DNA of 63,566 nucleotides, the filler included, from Lenisia limosa (lineage: Eukaryota; Protista; Breviatea), in assembly GCA_001655205.1 (NCBI GenBank). It is 12 parts of 12 records of this genome, joined end to end, with 100 filler letters (N's around TTAATTAATTAA, not from the genome) between each part and the next. Parts side by side here need not be neighbours in the genome. Positions count along the whole stretch, not along the records: positions 53,235 to 61,666 come from LPNZ01010650.1; positions 61,767 to 63,566 come from LPNZ01010645.1; 10 more parts are not named here. One strand, written 5' to 3'. This document shows positions 56,020 through 63,566 of this stretch, in pieces. Below the pieces are notes generated by a model, which saw only the letters and a list, made by a program, of their open reading frames with translations, ran no database searches and was not told the origin of the DNA. The translations under genes were made by a program, and so were the position numbers. Numbering within the stretch: position 1 is the stretch's first letter; every line of letters starts with the position of its first letter.

Positions 56020-59000
56020 GCAGCACCTCGCAGACGCAAGTGGAACAAACGATTGTGTCCGAAATAGTGCTGTCTGATTCTGAAGTAGGGGGGTAGAAAA
56101 GTGTGTCAAATATTGAATTGTAGTATTTTGAAATGGGGGATGGCAACTCTACCTATGTTTTTTAAATAAAAACAAATATCGATATGCATTCGTATAATAG
56201 ACTATATACTCTTCTTCTCTCGTCTTATCCTTCAGTGTCTCTGGAGAGCGGTTCTCGTAATGTGCCAGAAAGCTGCCCCTGAGTTTACATTGAAATTTGG
56301 TGGGACGTTTTTTTGTACATTACATCTATTATCCGAAAAATCCTTCTTAGCGACCCAGTACATACAATTGCCCCAATGGGATTTGTTTGTTTTGTTATTA
56401 TTAACCGTCGTGTGTTGCTATCCAACAGAGTTGATTTGGGCCTTTTTTTTTTGTTTTATATGTAAATCTTCCAATTTTACCCCCCCTCTCTCTCTCTCTC
56501 TCTTCTCTCTGCAATTGACTTTNNNNNNNNNNNNNNNNNNNNNNNNNNNNNNNNNNNNNNNNNNNNNNNNNNNNNNNNNNNNNNNNNNNNNNNNNNNNNN
56601 NNNNNNNNNNNNNNNNNNNTTTTGAAGATTTATCGTTATACTCAGTCCTTTCTCGAACTGAAGTGAAGCATTACACGTATCTGCTTTTTATTCTACACCC
56701 CCCCCCCCAACTTATGACTTGTCTCTAAATTTATATTTTAAAAAACTACAGACACTGCCACCCACTCTTTTTAGATGGGCTTTGTTTGTTTTGTTTTTAT
56801 CAACCCTTGTATGTTGTCAGCCAACATAGTTGATTTGGGTTTTTTTTATTTCATAAATTTTTCAATTTTACTCCCCCCCCAATCTACACTTCTCTCCCAC
56901 GTCTTTAAGAAAATACGAGTTAACTATCAGGGTAATTTCCAATTTTACTTCCCCCTCCCCAGTCCGGACAATCTCTCCACTTTTCAAGTCGCAAAATTCC
57001 GCAACAGGATTTCTTTGGCTCTGCGCAAAGTTGCCAGTTGTCAGGGAAATAATGGAAGATGTTGGGGGGGGGGGGGAAATTTCGNNNNNNNNNNNNNNNN
57101 NNNNNNNNNNNNNNNNNNNNNNNNNNNNNNNNNNNNNNNNNNNNNNNNNNNNNNAAACAAATAGACACTATTGACCATAAATGTGGGGGTACAATTGGGG
57201 GAAAACAAAAAAAAAGCCCGCCTTCAATTCTGTTGGGCAACACACGAGGGTTTGGAGAGGGATAAGCGTCTGTAGTTAAAAAATAAAAAATAATAATAGT
57301 GGAATTTTAATTAACACAATTAAAAAAATAATTGGTTAATATTGAAGAGCCGTTAAAGGGGGTAGGGTAGGATGTGGAGAGGATGTGGGTATGAGGTAGG
57401 GGAGTGATATGTCTTTGATAGGTCTTTGGAGAGGATGTTTGTTTTCCGGTCACTTCTCAGCTCATTAAATCCTCAATTCGTAATTGGCGAGATGCTTTGA
57501 TTGCAACCTTCGAACCGAAAATTCAAAGTGGGTAGAGACATGGGATGGGGACTAGGGCTTCACTTCGGTTGAAAAAAGACTGAAATTCTCGATAAATCCT
57601 CGAAAACTATCGATATTTTACCAGTATTTTTTCGAACCGAAGTGAAGCCCTTGGTTGAGACATGGTGACACTTTTTCATATTTGGTCGATAAATCCTCGA
57701 TAAATATCGAAATTTCACCAATTTTATTCGTACCGTTGGAAACCCTAAACAAAATATTATGTAGATCTACTTCTAATTTTTTATTATTATTTGTTTTTAT
57801 ATTTTCAGGTCTTCCTCTCGACAGTTTGAAGTATCTCAGAAAGTAAGTTCCCTCATAATGATTCTCTTATGTTTCCATTTTTCCTCACATCTAGGATAGT
57901 ACCTCCCCTCCCCACCTTGCAATGGTATTCCATTTTCACAAGTTGATTTGAAAAGGCAAAAATATATTTTTTGCTCTCTCTCTCTCTCTTCCATTTTTGG
58001 GATCATTTTCTATTTTTACCCGTACGCTGGAGTGATGGGATGCGGTGCTGCAGAAGCGATTGGCCTGGGCTTTGTTTGGTTCGTTTTTATCAACCCTCGT
58101 GTGTTACTTGCCGCAATAGAGTTGATTTTGCTTCTTCTTTTTTTTTTTCTTTTTTTTCTTTTTCTTTTTCTTTTTCTTTTTTCATCAAATATCCAATTTT
58201 ACCACCGCCCCCCAAATACTTTGCCAACATATTTCATTCTGGTTTCAAAAATTTTCCATATTTAATCTCCCTCTCCCCCTAGAATAATTGTCCATTTGTC
58301 ACCACACCCCAGAATAATGTTTCTTTTTTTACACCCCAAGATAATTTACCTTGTGTAAAACCCCTCTTCTCGCCCCAGAATTATTTTCCATTTTTCACCT
58401 TTTTTTTTTTTAGATATTATTTTTGTCACACNNNNNNNNNNNNNNNNNNNNNNNNNNNNNNNNNNNNNNNNNNNNNNNNNNNNNNNNNNNNNNNNNNNNN
58501 NNNNNNNNNNNNNNNNNNNNNNNNNNNNNNNNNNNNNNNNNNNNNNNNNNNNNNNNNNNNNNNNNNNNNNNNNNNNNNNNNNNNNNNNNNNNNNNNNNNN
58601 NNNNNNNNNTGAGAGAGGGGGGGAGGAAATATCCATTGAATTTACCCAGGAGAGTAGTAAGATCCTGAAGATCCTATACGAGTGTGAAAATGTGCTACGT
58701 TGAGCAGTGTTGTGCAGCCCTCACCTATTTCAACTACAGCATTTGAGACCACATGAGAGAAACATGCCATAGTTGCAATTAGATGTTATTAAATTGTTAT
58801 ATTTTGGTGAGACAACTCTGAATCCATTTTTGCTCCCTTTTTTTGGACAAGTTGTGCTTTCTTTTTTATCATATGATATGGATTCTATGCTTCCCTTCTA
58901 TTCTCCTTGAGCTTCATTTTTATTGCACAATGACTAATAAATTATCGATATCTAGGATTTAGTGGGAGTTTAATTTAAACCTTCAATATTTTGTTTGTCC

Positions 59001-59974
59001 CTCAACCCACCTAATCATTTCGCTTTTTGGTTTTTCTGATTCATACATTTTCCATTTTGACCCCCGGAGTGATGGAATGCGGTGCTGCAGACGACTGGCC
59101 TGGGCTTTGTTAGTTTTGTTGTTCTATAAACCCTCGTGTGTTGTTAGCCAACAAAGTTGATTTTGGGAATTTTTTTATTTAATAAATTTCCTTTATTTTA
59201 CTCCCCCCCCCCCCCNNNNNNNNNNNNNNNNNNNNNNNNNNNNNNNNNNNNNNNNNNNGCTGAAATAGCCAGTGCAGTTGAGGAGTTCAATAGGTTGGTC
59301 TAAACGGCATTCTTCTTTTTTGAGCCAGAAAAAATATTAAATAAATCCAGGGACACATAAGAATACACAGGGATACCATCATCAAATTCGCTTAACAATT
59401 CACCCTTTTCGATTCCCTCTCTCTTCAAGATGGAGTTTCTTCTTTTTCCAAGTATTTTCAGTAATTTTGTCAAAAAAAAATTACCAACAATCCGTATCAA
59501 ATAGCCTCACGGTGAGTCAATGGAACACGTCTACTCGCGAGCGGAATTGGTCTTAAGATCAGTGATCTGTCACTCAAACAGACAAATAAACAATACTTTT
59601 TTTCGTTCTCTCTATTATCAATTTTGAATTTGTTTCATCATTTGCGCGCTTTCTTTTGTATGTGTTCCAGCAATTTTTCAATGTTACGCCTCCCTCATAG
59701 CACCAACAAACTGCCTACTGGAATCAAGCACGCTGCAATGTTCGAGCTTCAAACGCGGTTTAAAACCCAGCTTCTTCCCGCACTTGGGCGACTTGGAGAG
59801 TCAAAAGCCAAGTCTGCTTTTATCAAGGTTAGTTGACGTTGTTTTGGGTCATTTTAGAATACAATAAATAGAAATCTAGAGAAACAAATATGGTGCCCCC
59901 CTCCCATTACCATATAGGCTCTCATCGAGGCGAAGGTACCGCAAACGCTCATCTCATCTTCTTTGGAATCCGCG
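56020..59974 (+). CDS. Hypothetical multi-exon protein
   Basis: GT-AG exons read CLWRAVLVMCQKAAPEFTLKF, VFGEDVCFPVTSQLIKSSIRNWRDALIATFEPKIQ and ALIEAKVPQTLISSSLESA, with another at about 59670-59828. Boundaries are approximate. Confidence 0.5.
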
Positions 59975-59994
59975 GTAGGGTGGGGGGGTCCCTA

Positions 59995-61666
59995 CATGAA
60001 CGCAAACACTCACATGAACGCGAACGCTTTTTCATTTTTCGATTTAAATGTGGTATTTCTGACAAAAATCAACACAAAATCAATCTACTTGTTCACTTCC
60101 GGCTGAAAACTGGGAAGAAACTACATCATATTTTTCAGTGCACACAAAATAGTACAGAACGAAAATTACTTCCTAAAATAGTGATATTTTACCAGATAAT
60201 ACGAGTACAAACCATTTTTTGGTGTTTTTTCGGACCACTCAAGGCGTTTTCTTGAGCTTTCCTTTCGCTTTGTTTCTACAAAGTTAAAAAGGAATCAAAC
60301 TCAAAGAAACCATCTGTTTCTTTTCTTGAAGCAACTTCTCCGACCAGTGTTGCTCTGAAGGAGGGGCAATTGACTTCCGTTTCGCTTTCCTGTAGGTGAA
60401 CGCCAAGTTTGGGTCAGTTCCAATCAATTCATTCCCCTTCCATGGGAGATCCTCTTGATGGTGAATGTACCAGTCTTTTTCCAACTGGGCGATTTCATTT
60501 CGAATTTCTGAGAGACGAACCCACGCATCCTTGACGACGTCCTTATCATTGCTTGCTATTTTAATTTGTTCCATCATATCAGGAGTGTTAAGAAGACATG
60601 AGTAAATAGCACTTCTTTCAGGAGGCTCAATAGGGGCCTTGAAAACTTTGCCAATTTTGACGGATCCAGTACCAATTTACCTTCATTAACAACGCAAATT
60701 CCTCCCCTTGCAAAAGCAGACTTGATTTTACTTTTTGAGGTTGCGGTGTGTAAAGCTTCCAAACATGCCTTCAAAGCACAGCATCGGGTCACAGCAGCCT
60801 CAGACACATTGGGAGGTGGTACTTTTTTGAGATATTGAGCAAGAACTTTTGGAAGAACAGTTTTCAGTGCACCAAATGTCAACAGATCCAGGGGTTGATT
60901 ACATTGAGAAGTATGGGGATGGAAACAAATACAAATCAATACCGTGATGGATGAACGTCGCTCAAGAAGAGAGCCCTTGCGGTCTTCGGTAACCCCAACC
61001 TCTCTTTGTCCACTTCAATAGCCGGGATCAAAATACGAGCACCGTATTCAGTCCAAGACTCAAAAGTCTAAATCAAATTACGCGAAGCTTTTTCGTTCAA
61101 ACCTGCCATCCATTCGTGGATTCGATCATTTCAGCACCATACTCCTCAAGAATTGCAATTTCATCGCTCACAGTCTTTTGGACTGACAGAAATACAGGTT
61201 TTGCAGTTGTAAGATTCGCATTAAATTGTGATACAAACTCTTTCAAACCTGATTGTTGCAACAAGTGAAATGTGACTCACTTGGCCACCTTTTTCGGTTG
61301 TGGCATACACATTGTTACAACTTTTAAGAGTGACTACCCTTGGAACTTTTGAATCAGTGATCTCAACCATTGATTCGTCACAATTGTAAATAAGTAAGGG
61401 GTTTGTCTCTCTTGACTTCAGAATATTTGCCAGGGCTGCCATGTGTTGCATGTATCTCCTGAAAAATATGCTTGAGAACGTGCTTTATCCAATTGATTTG
61501 GTTTCAAAAGTGTTAAATGCATAGTCTCAAAGTACATACTGCAGTCTTGAGAATGAGAAATTGATCTAAGAATCGAGGAAGCCAATTGTATGAAAAAAGT
61601 AGGTGTAATTCCAGTGTGCTCTTTGATCAAATTAGATGCCTGTGGAATGATAAGAGACAATGCGGG
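59995..61666 (-). mobile_element. Second pogo/DDE_1 transposon (pseudogenised), truncated by scaffold end
   Basis: Motifs LIYNCDES, LLLSDVHPS and HPHTSQCNQPLDLLTFGALK. The putative terminus TA|CATGAACGCAAACACTCACATGAACGCGAACGC has an internal direct repeat. Frameshifts are present. Confidence 0.85.
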
Positions 61667-61879
61667 NNNNNNNNNNNNNNNNNNNNNNNNNNNNNNNNNN
61701 NNNNNNNNNNTTAATTAATTAANNNNNNNNNNNNNNNNNNNNNNNNNNNNNNNNNNNNNNNNNNNNCAAACGAAGCCCAGGCCAGTCGCTTCTGCAGCAT
61801 CGCATCTCATCATACATAAAACGAAGGTATTTTGATGAAGATAGGCACAACAGAAAATCGGTTTCTACTTGACCCCCCC

Positions 61880-63533
61880 TCCTACGATTTTCTTCTTCTT
61901 CCGGGGCTGGCGAGGGGCTGACTTCCGCGTTGGAATCTAAAGATCGTTATAAAGGCATTTGGAAAATAAACGGGACACTATAGGGCCGGACCAGAATCCT
62001 ACTTAAGGCCAAAAATCCGACTTAAGGCCAAAAAGCCGACTCAGGATTCTCTGGTTCCATTAAAAAAAAACTACGATTTAGCCTTCACCCNNNNNNNNNN
62101 NNNNNNNNNNNNNNNNNNNNNNNNNNNNNNNNNNNNNNNNNNNNNNNNNNNNNNNNNNNNNNNNNNNNNNNNNNNNNNNNNNNNNNNNNNNNNNNNNNNN
62201 NNNNNNNNNNNNNNNNNNNNNNNNNNNNNNNNNNNNNNNNNNNNNNNNNNTTCCAAAAAAGACTGAATTCTCGATAAATCCTTGATAAATATCGATATTT
62301 TACAGGTGTTTCGTAACCTAAAGTATAGCTCTAGTGAACACCCACTCTCTCTTACCTGTTTTAGTTTCAGCTTCTTCTGCCGTAGTCGGTTCCATTTCTA
62401 TAGGGTTAACTAAGAAAAAAGATTGATAAATTATAAAAACAAAACAGAGGGGGGGTATAGAGAATGTATACCACTATGTGATTTCCCAAGGAAAATAGGT
62501 CACTGTATTTAACATTTTTTTTTGTGGCAAAAGCTCTCCACCCACCTGCGACAGAACCCAACTCCACGATGCTATCAATAACACTACTGAAGTCTTTTAG
62601 ACTTCCTTCCAAATCGCCTAGCCTGGCTCTACAGATGCCTGGATGGAGTTAGAGGGTTAAGTAAAATCGGAAATTTTTTAAACAAACACAAAAAAAATCC
62701 AAAATCAACTCTGTTGGCTGATAACACACTAGGGTTGAGAACAACAAAACAAAGCCCAGGCCAGTCGCTTCGAACCAAATCACATCACTTATAAGAGCAT
62801 TTGAGTATAGTATAATAGTAATTCACCCAGTCATTCGCCTTCTTTGTAACAACAAATAAAATTTTTAAGTTAACAAGATTTCTAATGAATATTATTTCTC
62901 TTGCTCAAAAAAATAAGGCAGAGACTGTTAAATAAGGAACCAATCTACCTCGATTAACCTGTCCGGAGGGGTCATTGGGATTCTTGGCCAATGCCGTTTC
63001 TATAGGAGTGAGTTGGGACGACCTATAATTTTCTGTAGTTGTAAGCTAGTGAAAAAAGCGTNNNNNNNNNNNNNNNNNNNNNNNNNNNNNNNNNNNNNNN
63101 NNNNNNNNNNNNNNNNNNNNNNNNNNNNNNNNNNNNNNNNNNNNNNNNNNNNNNNNNNNNNNNNNNNNNNNNNNNNNNNNNNNNNNNNNNNNNNNNNNNN
63201 NNNNNNNNNNNNNNNNNNNNNNNCTGGAGTGCTTGTTGCCACTCAAGGCGCTGAAGATGCAAAGTACCTGGGGGATAAAACGAAACACATCAAAGAAAAT
63301 CTGTATCATCACCAAAATCACAATCACCACCATCATCATCATCACCACCATCATTATCATCATCATCACCACCACCATCATTATCATCATCATCATCACC
63401 ATCATCCATTATCATCACCACGATCATCATCATCACGACACCAACCAAGGTTGAAAGCTGCAAGGGCATTTGAAGGGTCAAAGCCAAGCGCGTCTTTATA
63501 GTCCTTTTCAGCAGCCATGCGTGAGCCCAAAAT
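61880..63533 (-). CDS. Tetratricopeptide-repeat protein, partial
   Basis: Exons read AAEKDYKDALGFDPSNALAAFNLG|TLHLQRLEWQQALQ..ETALAKNPND and LGDLEGSLKDFSSVI, consistent with TPR consensus. Confidence 0.8.
63305..63435. repeat. (CAT/CAC)n trinucleotide microsatellite in a TPR-gene intron
   Basis: Direct reading; it lies between the donor near 63447 and the acceptor near 63270 on the minus strand. Confidence 0.9.
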
Positions 63534-63566
63534 CTGAGAGGAATAAAAATTTCAGGGGGGGGGGGG

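Noticed and set aside
57555-57650. A/B hairpins as MITEs of the pogo elements in this window
   Set aside because: Their termini (GGGCTTC) share nothing with the pogo TIRs (CACC.GAACCCG, CATGAACGC).
57948-58282. Paralogous small ORFs containing MGCGAAEA (also 46806-47051)
   Set aside because: They are chance translations of module D in introns; the frame is not conserved across copies.
63013-63501. His-rich or Met/Asp-rich ORFs
   Set aside because: They are translations of a CAT/CAC microsatellite inside an intron of the minus-strand TPR gene.

Overview
Intron-rich eukaryotic DNA from a flagellated organism (axonemal dynein, CFAP100). It uses the standard genetic code and GT-AG introns; I cannot name the taxon. 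The window is not contiguous: it is 12 short scaffolds joined by 11 synthetic 100-nt linkers (44 N + TTAATTAATTAA + 44 N), so gene order across linkers has no meaning. Recognisable genes, mostly partial, are CFAP100, MYG1, a DNAH1-like inner-arm dynein, a VPS13-like protein, a GYG K+ channel with a cyclic-nucleotide-binding domain, a MATH-BTB protein, an RBR-type Zn-finger protein and a TPR protein, plus several hypothetical multi-exon genes. Mobile DNA includes a full-length intron-containing pogo/DDE_1 element with TIRs and a TA TSD (15198-17859), degraded relatives next to it, a second pogo (59995-61666), Kolobok-like and Tc1-like MITEs, and about 25 copies of a ~95-bp palindrome. The most striking signal is in the introns, where unrelated genes share three features. 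(1) Two homologous non-palindromic modules (D and E) usually lie in sense orientation next to the acceptor and end in TTTTAC-Cn-AG, like a portable 3' splice-site cassette (Introner-like). (2) Splice junctions are repeatedly tandem-amplified, with arrays of 3-7 donor or acceptor copies. (3) Introns tend to start with G runs and end with C runs, and TE insertions cluster just downstream of donors.
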